Below are positions 48,095 to 58,461 of a DNA stretch of 64,000 bases, piece by piece. Below the pieces are notes generated by a model. The model worked only from the letters and a program-made list of their open reading frames with translations, did no database searches and was not told the origin of the DNA. This DNA comes from Myxococcota bacterium (GTDB taxonomy: Bacteria > Myxococcota_A > UBA796 > SXON01), in NCBI GenBank assembly GCA_040386535.1, contig JAZKFH010000006.1, positions 44,427-108,426 of the forward strand. Direction: 5' to 3'. The first letter of the stretch is position 1. Every line of letters starts with the position of its first letter. The translations under genes and the position numbers were made by a program.

Positions 48095-48595
48095 CTACTC
48101 CTTGCAGATCCCGTCCAGGTACTCGATGTACCCGCTCTCGACCGTGCCGAGCCGGGCATCGACCGCCAGGCCGTCGTGGGTGGCGGAGCCGCACCGCTGC
48201 TCCCGCACACTCTGGACGTACCAGTCGGCGCGGGCTCCGCCGTCGCAGACCACGAGCGTCGCGTAGCAGTCGCCCACCCCGGCGGGCAGGCCGTAGACCT
48301 GGGCGGCGCACCGCGCGGCCGCCTCGCTCAAGTAGTCGGACGGGTCGTAGGTCTCTGGCGTGCCGCAGTACATCGTGCGCTCCAGCGTCACCTCGCCGGG
48401 GTCGCCGTGGCCATGCGCCGCCACGCAGCACGCCACGCCCTCCTCCACCGAAGCGCAGCCGTCCGCGCAGGAATCGACGGGGCAGGCCTCGGTGCCGTCG
48501 GCCTCGGCGAGGGTGCACGCCTCGTCGGCGGGGCCGGTGTCGGCCGGGGGCTCGGCCAGGCACGCGGAGAGCAGGATCAAGGAGAGGATGCGCAT
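48095..48595 (-). CDS. Cys-rich lipoprotein
   Basis: MRILSLILLSAC lipobox and about 12 further Cys. Confidence 0.7.
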   Translation of the reverse strand: MRILSLILLSACLAEPPADTGPADEACTLAEADGTEACPVDSCADGCASVEEGVACCVAAHGHGDPGEVTLERTMYCGTPETYDPSDYLSEAAARCAAQVYGLPAGVGDCYATLVVCDGGARADWYVQSVREQRCGSATHDGLAVDARLGTVESGYIEYLDGICKE

Positions 48596-48697
48596 CCCGC
48601 GTCCGTATCCCGAAGCCGTAGCACATCGCGACGGCGCGTTTGGCACAAAACGAGAAAGGGCCGCCCGAAGGCGACCCTTCCGTACGGTCCCGGCGGG

Positions 48698-49330
48698 CTA
48701 TTTCTTGTCGTCGCGGCTGCGGCTCATGCCCGAGCCGCTGCCGCTGCTGCCGCTGCCGCTCTTGGTGTCGCCGCTCTTGGCGCCGTCACGGGTACGGCTC
48801 AGGTCGGCCGGCGGGCGCGTGTCACGCGCGGGCGCCTTGGCGCCGGTGGAGGAGGCCTTGGGGATCTCCTCGGTCTTCTTCGTGTCGTCCGTGGTGGTCA
48901 CGACCGTGGTGGTGGTCGTGGTCGTGGTGGTCGGCGCGATGATGGGCGTGCCGTCGGGGTTGGTGCCCGTGACGACCGGCACCGGGGCCGTGCCGGCGAC
49001 GCCGCCGCAGTTGGTGGCGACCGAGGCGAGCATCGCCGAGCAGGAGCTCGCGAGGGTGGCCTTGGTCTCGGGGATCGCGGCGGCCTGGGCCCACGCGTCA
49101 CGCGTGCTCTTGAAGCCGCTCTCCATCGCCGCCTTGGTGGCGGGGTCGGCGGAGGAGATGCACGCTTCCATCTTCTTGATGTAGTCGTCACATTCGGGGA
49201 CGCCGATCGACCCGTCGGCCGCGACGGGCACGGGGGGGGGAGGAGGCGTGACCGTCGTTTCCGTGCCGCCACCGCAGGCGAGGGTGAAGCCGAGCGCGAG
49301 GGAAAGGACGGGGAGCAGGCGAATCTTCAT
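48698..49330 (-). CDS. lipoprotein with four-Cys helical domain and Thr-rich tail
   Basis: MKIRLL...TLAC lipobox; IGVPECDDYIKKMEAC. Confidence 0.75.
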   Translation of the reverse strand: MKIRLLPVLSLALGFTLACGGGTETTVTPPPPPVPVAADGSIGVPECDDYIKKMEACISSADPATKAAMESGFKSTRDAWAQAAAIPETKATLASSCSAMLASVATNCGGVAGTAPVPVVTGTNPDGTPIIAPTTTTTTTTTVVTTTDDTKKTEEIPKASSTGAKAPARDTRPPADLSRTRDGAKSGDTKSGSGSSGSGSGMSRSRDDKK

Positions 49331-49567
49331 GGTACCTCTACGGTTTCCAGCCAGTGGTGCAGGCGTGGGCGTCACGATAGAACGCCGGGCGCGGGAGACA
49401 AGGTGGTCCGAGCGTAGCGCACGGGCCCGTCACTTTCAAGGCACGAGATGCGCGCGGGGCTTGCCGAGAACCCTGGATCCGAATAGTTCGCCGGCCGCGG
49501 AAGGCGGTGCCATCGCCCGCGCCCGCTCTCCGACCGCAAGCCGCGGTCCAGGGCTTCTGGAGGCCAC

Positions 49568-51673
<2,106 letters not shown>

Positions 51674-51677
51674 CGAA

Positions 51678-52913
51678 TTGGCAGGCCCCGAGTCAGGCGA
51701 TCGCGGTCCCTTGCGGGCCATCCAGGGTGCACTCGGCGGCGGGCTCCGTCCCGGCGAGGTCGGCGCGATCCACGCGCGGGCCGGCGTCGGCAAGAGCTCG
51801 CTGCTCGTGCACCTCGCGCTCGAACGTCTGCTCCGGGGCGAAGCCGTCCTGCACGTCGCCGTGCAGGGCGGCGTCGAGTCGGTGCGGGATGCCTACGAGA
51901 GCATCTTCACCGGCCTGCATCACGCGCAGAAGCCGCTCGACCGCGCGGAGGCGCTCCTCTCCGTCGAGCGGCACCGCGTCATCCACTGCACCCGCGGGCG
52001 CGTCCCGCTCGCGGCGGGGATCGACACGCTGCTCCAGTCCCTCGCCGACGCGATGGACTTCGCTCCCCGCCTCGTCGTGATGGACGGCCTCGAGCCCACC
52101 CCCGACGAGATCCTGGCCCTGCGGGACCTCGCGGCGCGCCGCGGGCTCTCGGTGTGGTGTGCGTTCACCCCACCGCAGGCCGTGGTCGACACGAACTACA
52201 ACGTCTCGCTCGAGATGGTCCCCGAGCGGGCCGTCGTGTGGCTCCACGTCCGCAAGGGGCGTGACAGCGGCACCGCCGCGCTCCCGCCCATCCGGCTCGA
52301 GTCGCCCACCTTCGTGGCCCGGGAGGAGGACGCTCCGCTCCCCAGCCCCGCAACGCGGGTCAAGGCCAGCGAGTGCACCATCTACAGCGGCGGCGCCCAC
52401 GGCTCCGAGGCCGCGTTCGGCGAGGCCGCCGAGCGGTGGGGCGTGCGCGAGGTCAACTTCACGTTCGACGGGCACGTGCAGGCCCGCACGCGCGGCGCCC
52501 ACCCGCTCACCGAGCAGGAGCTCGCCGCCGGTGAGGTGTCGCTGGCCTACGTCAGCCGGCGCCTCCGCCGTGGCTACGGCGAGGGCACGATGATCCGTCG
52601 CGTGCTCCAGAGCCTGTGGCACCAGGTAGGCGCGGCGCAGGTCGTCTACGTGGTCGGCGCCATCCAGGAGGACGGCACGGTCACGGGCGGCACCGGCTGG
52701 AGCGTCGAGCTCGCCCGGATGTGGAACAAGCGCCTCTGGGTGTTCGACCAGGAGAAGGACGGCTGGTACCGGTGGAACGGCGAGGACTGGGTGGAAGGCA
52801 CGCCCATCATCGACGCGGCCTCCATCTGCGGCACCGGCACGCGCTACCTCTCCCCCGTCGGCAAGGCGGCGATCGAGGCGCTCTTCGAGCGGAGCTTCAC
52901 CTCGAAGGCCTGA
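51678..52913 (+). CDS. RecA/KaiC-like ATPase fused to a SLOG-like C-terminal domain
   Basis: GGGLRPGE...ARAGVGKS, VVMDG; C-terminal YSGGAHGSE, GGTGW and GTGTR. Confidence 0.7.
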   Translation: MAGPESGDRGPLRAIQGALGGGLRPGEVGAIHARAGVGKSSLLVHLALERLLRGEAVLHVAVQGGVESVRDAYESIFTGLHHAQKPLDRAEALLSVERHRVIHCTRGRVPLAAGIDTLLQSLADAMDFAPRLVVMDGLEPTPDEILALRDLAARRGLSVWCAFTPPQAVVDTNYNVSLEMVPERAVVWLHVRKGRDSGTAALPPIRLESPTFVAREEDAPLPSPATRVKASECTIYSGGAHGSEAAFGEAAERWGVREVNFTFDGHVQARTRGAHPLTEQELAAGEVSLAYVSRRLRRGYGEGTMIRRVLQSLWHQVGAAQVVYVVGAIQEDGTVTGGTGWSVELARMWNKRLWVFDQEKDGWYRWNGEDWVEGTPIIDAASICGTGTRYLSPVGKAAIEALFERSFTSKA

Positions 52914-53317
52914 TGCTCGACCACGTGTTCATCACGGTGAGCGACGTGGCGCGCGCCGTCACCTTCTACGAGGCCGCGCTCTCGCCGCTCGGGATCACCC
53001 ACGCCGTGGACTACGACGGCAAGGACGGCCCGGAAGGCCACCCCGACCTCTTCGGCTTCGGCCGCGACGGGCGCGTGTTCTTCTGGCTGCGGCAGGGCAG
53101 CGCCGATGCGCGCGCGGCCCATGTGGGCTTCGTCGCCCGGAGCGAGGCCGAGGTGAACGCTTTCCACGCAGCCGCCATGGCCGCGGGGGCGACCGACAAC
53201 GGCCCCCCTTCGGCGCGCCTCTGCTACGACCCGCGCTACTACGCGGCGAACGTCCTGGATCCCGACGGCTACAGCCTCGAGGCGGTCTACAAGAGCTGGC
53301 AGCACCCCCGGGCGTAG
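52913..53317 (+). CDS. VOC/glyoxalase family protein
   Basis: MLDHVFITVSD, HVGF and YYAANVLDPDGYSLE. Confidence 0.92.
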   Translation: MLDHVFITVSDVARAVTFYEAALSPLGITHAVDYDGKDGPEGHPDLFGFGRDGRVFFWLRQGSADARAAHVGFVARSEAEVNAFHAAAMAAGATDNGPPSARLCYDPRYYAANVLDPDGYSLEAVYKSWQHPRA

Positions 53318-53518
53318 CCGCCACGCCGAGGGATGGCGCACTCGCCGAACGGGCCCCCGTCACCCTCGGTGCCTGTGCACTTCCCACAGCGCGGTGCTCG
53401 CCAGCTGCGGGTCCTATGCTCCGAGAACCAGCGCGTTGCCTCGGTGCAGCCCGGACGGCGTGGTCGGACACGCGGGCCGCGGGCGCCGCGCAGCCCTGGA
53501 AGGGGAGGACCAGCACGA

Positions 53519-53690
53519 CCGTCCGAACTCGGGGGATGCGGGCCCACCCTGTCAGTTCGGACGGTATTTCCGTCCGAACTCGGGGGATGCGGGCCCATCC
53601 TGTCAGTTCGGACGGTATTTCCGTCCGAACTCGGGGGATGCGGGCCCATCCTGTCAGTTCGGACGGTGTGTCCGTCCGAACTCGGGGGAT
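53519..53690. repeat. tandem palindromic array, about 3.4 x 51 bp
   Basis: CCGTCCGAACT...AGTTCGGACGG at 53519, 53570, 53621 and a partial copy at 53672. Confidence 0.92.
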
Positions 53691-53698
53691 TGGGCGCC

Positions 53699-53860
53699 CT
53701 ATTGCGCTCCGCCCGTCGTGAGCGACTGGGCCATGCTGCGCCCGGTGGACGCGGTCTCGCTCGCCACCGTGTTGTAGAACACGAGCATCACCGCCGCGAT
53801 GGCGATGCAGATGAACGAGATGGTCAGCATGTACTCGGTGGTGCTCTGGCCGCGGCGCAT
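53699..53860 (-). CDS. Flp/Tad-type pilin-like protein
   Basis: MRRG|QSTTEY class III signal followed by a hydrophobic helix; 53 aa. Confidence 0.8.
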   Translation of the reverse strand: MRRGQSTTEYMLTISFICIAIAAVMLVFYNTVASETASTGRSMAQSLTTGGAQ

Positions 53861-53907
53861 GACGCCTCCGACCTGGAGTGTAGCAGGGCCGCGGCCGCCG
53901 CGGACCT

Positions 53908-54387
53908 TCAGTAGACGGGGCCCGCGCGGAAGACCGTCGACACCCGGCCCTTGACGCGCTTCTCGCCGCGCGCGTGGCGATCGATGACCGGGGAGCGGGC
54001 GACCAGGTCGAGGTCGAAGACCACGCCCTCCGCGGTGACCTCGACCACGTGGATCGTGCCCTCGATCTCCCGCGACTCGTAGCCCACCGACATGCCGCCC
54101 ATGCGGAGGAAGCCGGACCGGTTCGCCGCGGAGAAGCTCGTCCCCGCGTCGAGCTCGCGTGGAAGGGCGATCACGACGTTCAGGTACTCCTGGGTGTCGG
54201 TGATGATGGGGAGCTTGCCCCAGTCGGCGGTGAGGACGAGGACGCGGCCGCCGCGGCCCTTCGCGATGTCCGGCCGATCGAAGTCCGGGTCGTGTCGGAT
54301 CCGGCTGTCGGTCCAGACCTCGGCCTTCCACTCGTCGAGCGCGTGGGGGCCGAGGGTGCATGCAAGGAGGAGGAGCAAGGGGGTCAC
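53908..54387 (-). CDS. hypothetical lipoprotein
   Basis: VTPLLLLLAC lipobox. Confidence 0.6.
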   Translation of the reverse strand: MTPLLLLLACTLGPHALDEWKAEVWTDSRIRHDPDFDRPDIAKGRGGRVLVLTADWGKLPIITDTQEYLNVVIALPRELDAGTSFSAANRSGFLRMGGMSVGYESREIEGTIHVVEVTAEGVVFDLDLVARSPVIDRHARGEKRVKGRVSTVFRAGPVY

Positions 54388-54409
54388 GACCGCATCCTGT
54401 GCTCGCCGC

Positions 54410-55234
54410 TCATCGGGGCTGAGGCCCCGAGGTGACCGCGGGCGCGTACCGCGCGAGGAGCACGCCGGAGAACTGGGCCAGCCCCGTGCCGTCGAGGCTG
54501 GACAGCTGCGCCACGTCGAAGCGGGCTGCGGCCAACGCGGGAGCGGTGACCGCCTGGGGCGGCGTGTCGGCGGGATAGCGCAACACCTCGTCGTACGACT
54601 CGTCCAACAAGAACGCGAGCGCACGCTTGGCGTGGTGCGCAGCCGTGCGGGGCTGCCCGGTGAGGCGGTCGGGCTCGGTCACGGGGTCAAAGCGGAGCTG
54701 CGCCTTCAACTGGGTTCGCCGCGGCCGGTAGGCGGCACCCGCTCCCACGAGCGCGACGAGCCACGCCTCGGCGATCGGACCACACACCCCGAAAATGGCC
54801 ACGATCGCGTCCGGGGTGGCCACAGCCATCGCGCGCTCCGCCGCGTCCCTTCGGCCCGGATCGGCGTCCGCGTCCGCGAGGACGATCAGCGCGTCCACCG
54901 GCTGTTTCGCCCATTGAAAGAGCAGGAGCGTGTCGGAGAACACCGCGGCGTCCTCCATCGGTGCACCCCCCAGGCGACGACTTCGGTAGAACGGGCGGCC
55001 GCTCGGTACGGCGAGCGCCCTCACCCGCGCCGTGGCGTCGCTCGTGTCGAAGAAGTCGGTGTCCGGCTCCAACCCCACGAAGATCCGGGCGTCGTCCAGC
55101 CCGTCGGGCTCGGGCCATGTCGCGTGCGTGGAGTGGAGGCGGTGGCGGGTCGCTCCGTCGGCGAGCCACCGGATCAACAGGCGGTGCGCCGAGTCCTCTC
55201 CCGCGATCCCCACCCGGAGGCGGGTGTCACGCAT
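54410..55234 (-). CDS. TOPRIM-like (DUF4276/RloB-like) protein
   Basis: VGIAGED near the N-terminus, LIVLADAD and AEAWLVA; overlaps the ATPase stop. Confidence 0.55.
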   Translation of the reverse strand: MRDTRLRVGIAGEDSAHRLLIRWLADGATRHRLHSTHATWPEPDGLDDARIFVGLEPDTDFFDTSDATARVRALAVPSGRPFYRSRRLGGAPMEDAAVFSDTLLLFQWAKQPVDALIVLADADADPGRRDAAERAMAVATPDAIVAIFGVCGPIAEAWLVALVGAGAAYRPRRTQLKAQLRFDPVTEPDRLTGQPRTAAHHAKRALAFLLDESYDEVLRYPADTPPQAVTAPALAAARFDVAQLSSLDGTGLAQFSGVLLARYAPAVTSGPQPR

Positions 55235-56327
55235 CGGAGAGCACCCAGTCCTCTCCGAGGTTGGCCCAGAGCTCGCCCGTGCCCATCGCGCCGCGCCAGC
55301 GCTCCAGGTCCGGGTGCGCCGAGAGCGGCTTCACGCGTGTGGCGCCGTCCTTGTCGAGCGCGAGCACCCGCACCTCGTCGACCTCGAAGCTGTCGAGCAG
55401 GACGGGAGCGTGGGTGGTGCAGACGATCTGGAGCTCGGGGCGGGCGTCGAGCACGCGCCGAATCGCCTTGATGAGGTTGTACTGGGCCGACAGGTGCAGG
55501 CCGTGATCGATGTCGTCGAGGAGGATGATGTCGGGGAGCTCGTGCCAGTGGGCGGCGCCGAGCAACCCGAGCGCAAGCAGGGTGCCGTCGCTCACCTGGT
55601 GCGCGGGGATTCGCCCCACGCCCCGGAACGAGAGGTCCAAGGCGTACCCGCCCTGCGAGACGACCCTCGACGGCGCCTCTGGAAGCACCACATCCACCTT
55701 CGTCGGCCGAAAATGCAGCCGCTCGAAATGGGGAACCACCGCCCGCAAGTCGGTCTCGATGGCCTCGAGACGCTTCGAGTCGTTCAACTGGATCAGGGCG
55801 AGGAGCGACGCGAGTCCGTATCCATTTGCCTGCAATTCTACCGGGCCCACCAGCAACGGAGAGGGCTGCGCGAGCGGTCCTGGAAGCAGGCGCAGCCGCA
55901 ACGAGCGCCACGAGAAGGACTCGGCCAGCGAGGTCTCGAGCGGCCGCCGATTGACCGTCTCCTTGCTGTCCAGGGTGGTGTCCTTGCCGAGGGTCGTCGC
56001 CCGGATTCGCGCCCGGTCGTAGTACGGAGCCGGCCCGCTCTCGAAGGACACGCGGAGCGAGTTGGTCTTGGCACGCCCCGACCACACCATCGTTCCATCG
56101 CTTCCGCGACGACGTTCCGGGTCGACGTGCTGAAGCACGCGAACGAATGTCCCGGTCACCAGGGGATCCGCGGGATCCGGCACCGACAGCTCACACAACC
56201 GCGCAATCTGATCGAGGACCGTGCTCTTGCCCGCCCCGTTCGGCCCGACGAGGACGGTGAAGCGCGCGAGGTCGATGGTCACGTCGCGAAGCGACTTGAT
56301 CTCTTCGAAGTGAACCTGGTCGAGCAT
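55227..56327 (-). CDS. AAA_21/AAA_15-type ABC ATPase
   Basis: IKSLRDV, GPNGAGKST, VSDGT, ILLDDIDHGLH and CTTHAP. Confidence 0.9.
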   Translation of the reverse strand: MLDQVHFEEIKSLRDVTIDLARFTVLVGPNGAGKSTVLDQIARLCELSVPDPADPLVTGTFVRVLQHVDPERRRGSDGTMVWSGRAKTNSLRVSFESGPAPYYDRARIRATTLGKDTTLDSKETVNRRPLETSLAESFSWRSLRLRLLPGPLAQPSPLLVGPVELQANGYGLASLLALIQLNDSKRLEAIETDLRAVVPHFERLHFRPTKVDVVLPEAPSRVVSQGGYALDLSFRGVGRIPAHQVSDGTLLALGLLGAAHWHELPDIILLDDIDHGLHLSAQYNLIKAIRRVLDARPELQIVCTTHAPVLLDSFEVDEVRVLALDKDGATRVKPLSAHPDLERWRGAMGTGELWANLGEDWVLSDA

Positions 56328-56383
56328 TCCGCCTCCTTACCCGGTTCACGGATGGCCGGGTCGTGCGCCGCGCGGCCGACGCC

Positions 56384-56800
56384 CTACCCCACCGCCCGCA
56401 TCCGGTTGTTGCGCGGCAGGTGCTCCACCTCGCCGAGGCCCAGCGCTTCGAGCACGGGGGGCACGTACACGCCGAAGCGCCCGCGCAGGCCCTTCTTGAG
56501 GCCGTACCAGCCGCCGGCCGGGTTGTCAGCCGCGCGCCCCCACGCCTCCACGGAGCCCGCGGGGGCGTCTTTCTGCTCGTCCGTGCCGCCGAGCGGAAGC
56601 CAGTCGCCGTGGGCCACGAGCATGGCGTGGAGATCCTCGATGCAGCGCAGGTGGTAGCGCAGCTCGGTCTTGCCGACGCGCACCACCAGCGCCGGCGGGG
56701 TCGCGTCGGGCGCGCGCCACGCCTCGTACGCGGAAGTGCCCGGGGGAGTGGTGAGCTGCCAGGGGTCGGCTGCGGTGCCCGTGCCGGTGTACGTGCTCAT
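56384..56800 (-). CDS. DUF6855-like protein
   Basis: DPWQLTTPPGTS, VEAWGR..DNP.GGWYGL.KG.RGRFG and NNRMRA. Confidence 0.75.
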   Translation of the reverse strand: MSTYTGTGTAADPWQLTTPPGTSAYEAWRAPDATPPALVVRVGKTELRYHLRCIEDLHAMLVAHGDWLPLGGTDEQKDAPAGSVEAWGRAADNPAGGWYGLKKGLRGRFGVYVPPVLEALGLGEVEHLPRNNRMRAVG

Positions 56801-56827
56801 GGATGCTCCGAAGAGGGGGGCGTGAGG

Positions 56828-56952
56828 CGCCTGTAGGGCGGCCGCGGCTCCGCGCGGCCGGTCCGGGCGCGCCGCTCGGGGCGCGCCCGACCGAGGCCGG
56901 AGGCCGAGCCCGGAAGGGGCCGACCGGGCGTCCGCGCCCGGGCACGCCCAGA
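56828..56952 (-). repeat. dispersed GC-rich intergenic repeat (copy)
   Basis: Reverse complement contains GGCTCGGCCTCCGGCCTCGGTCGG, matching the intron flank at 34111-34140. Confidence 0.7.
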
Positions 56953-56953
56953 C

Positions 56954-58066
56954 CTACTTCTGGATGAGGAACTCGACGCGGCGGTTGTTGAGGCGGCCGG
57001 TCTCCGTCATGTTCGTGTCGACCGGGCGGGTCTCGCCGTAGCCGACCGTGCGCATGCGCACCGCGGGCACGCCCTTGGCGAGGAGGTACTCGAACACGGC
57101 GTCCGCGCGGCCCTTGGAGAGGCGCTGGTTGAGCTCGTCGTCGCCGACGTTGTCGGTGTGGCCGCCGATCTCGACCTGGAGCTTCGGGTAGTCCTTCATG
57201 GCTGTCGCCACGTCGTCCAGGACGACGAAGCTGTCCGCCAGGATCGTGAACTTGCCCGTGGCGAAGTTGATGCGCTGCTTGATGACGATCTGGTCGCTCG
57301 TGACCTCGACACGCTGGGGCTTGCTGTCGGGGCAGCCGTCGTTGTCGTTGTAGCCGTTGAGCGTCTCGGACTGGTCGGGGCAGGTGTCCGTGGCGTCACC
57401 GACGCCGTCACCGTCGCGATCGCGGGAGGCGCAGCCGGTGGGGGGATCGCCGGGCTCGTTGACGCACTGGTCCTGCGCGTCGGGCACGCCGTCGCGATCG
57501 TTGTCGAGATCGGGGCAGCCGTCGGCGTCGTCGACGTTGTCGCGATCCTCGGCCACGCGGGGGCACTTGTCGACGCTGTCGGGGATGCCGTCCCCGTCGT
57601 CGTCGAGGTCGGGGCAGCCGTCGGCGTCCTTGTAGCCGTCGAGATCCTCGGGATCGTTGGCGCACACGTCTTCGGTGTCGGCCACGCCGTCGCGGTCGCG
57701 ATCGGGGCTCCCCGGGTCGACCCAGGGGGTTGGCTCGAGGGCGGTGGTGATCTCGTCCGGCTCGACGCGCGGCTTGACGGTCGCGACCTTCGGGGGCGGC
57801 GCGGAGCTGCACGCGGCGGCGATCTTGGCGTGGTCGCGCCCGATGCGGACGTGCTCGGCGGCGCGCCGGGTGTCGCCCTGCTCGAACTCGATCTTCACGA
57901 ACTCGAGGTTCGCGTCGGCGATGGCGAGATCCTTCGGCGCGCAGTTGGTGGTCTGGTGCGCGGCGGCGATCTCGGTCTGGAGCGCCGCGAAGTCACTCGC
58001 GAGGAGCGCCTGGCTGGCACATCCCGTCGCGAGCGGCAGGAGGAGGAGGGCGGTCAACAAGCGCAT
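56954..58066 (-). CDS. OmpA-family lipoprotein with thrombospondin type 3 repeats
   Basis: ATGC lipobox; DxDxDG..D..DxCP repeats; GHTD, LSKGRA, GYGE and NRRVEF. Confidence 0.93.
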   Translation of the reverse strand: MRLLTALLLLPLATGCASQALLASDFAALQTEIAAAHQTTNCAPKDLAIADANLEFVKIEFEQGDTRRAAEHVRIGRDHAKIAAACSSAPPPKVATVKPRVEPDEITTALEPTPWVDPGSPDRDRDGVADTEDVCANDPEDLDGYKDADGCPDLDDDGDGIPDSVDKCPRVAEDRDNVDDADGCPDLDNDRDGVPDAQDQCVNEPGDPPTGCASRDRDGDGVGDATDTCPDQSETLNGYNDNDGCPDSKPQRVEVTSDQIVIKQRINFATGKFTILADSFVVLDDVATAMKDYPKLQVEIGGHTDNVGDDELNQRLSKGRADAVFEYLLAKGVPAVRMRTVGYGETRPVDTNMTETGRLNNRRVEFLIQK

Positions 58067-58452
58067 CACAGGTCGTCCAGATCGATGTCGTCCAGGGTGT
58101 TGTCGTCCCCCGGCTTCTTCTCTTCTTCGGGCTTCTCTTCGGGGACGAACTCGTCGTTCTTGTCGAGGTTCGGGCCGTCGTCCGCCGACTTCTCGTAGGC
58201 CTCGGCCGACCACGCGATCGACTTCTTGCAGAGCTGCTCGACGGCGCCGTAGTCGGAGGAGTTGATCTCCTCCTTGGCCTTCCACAGGTACTCGCGCGCC
58301 AGGGTGGTCTCGTAGACGGCGCGCTCGTCGCCGCCGGCCTCGACCGCGGTCTGGAACTTCCGCTCCGCGTCGATCACGAAGTAGGTGGCGCGCGCCGCGC
58401 AGCCGGAGGCGCCGAACAGCGCGAGGAGGGTCAACGGCAAGAGCGGACGCAT
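58066..58452 (-). CDS. DUF4398-like lipoprotein
   Basis: ASGC lipobox; YE..LAREYL.KA.EE; typical partner upstream of OmpA. Confidence 0.75.
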   Translation of the reverse strand: MRPLLPLTLLALFGASGCAARATYFVIDAERKFQTAVEAGGDERAVYETTLAREYLWKAKEEINSSDYGAVEQLCKKSIAWSAEAYEKSADDGPNLDKNDEFVPEEKPEEEKKPGDDNTLDDIDLDDL

Positions 58453-58461
58453 CGGCCCGTA

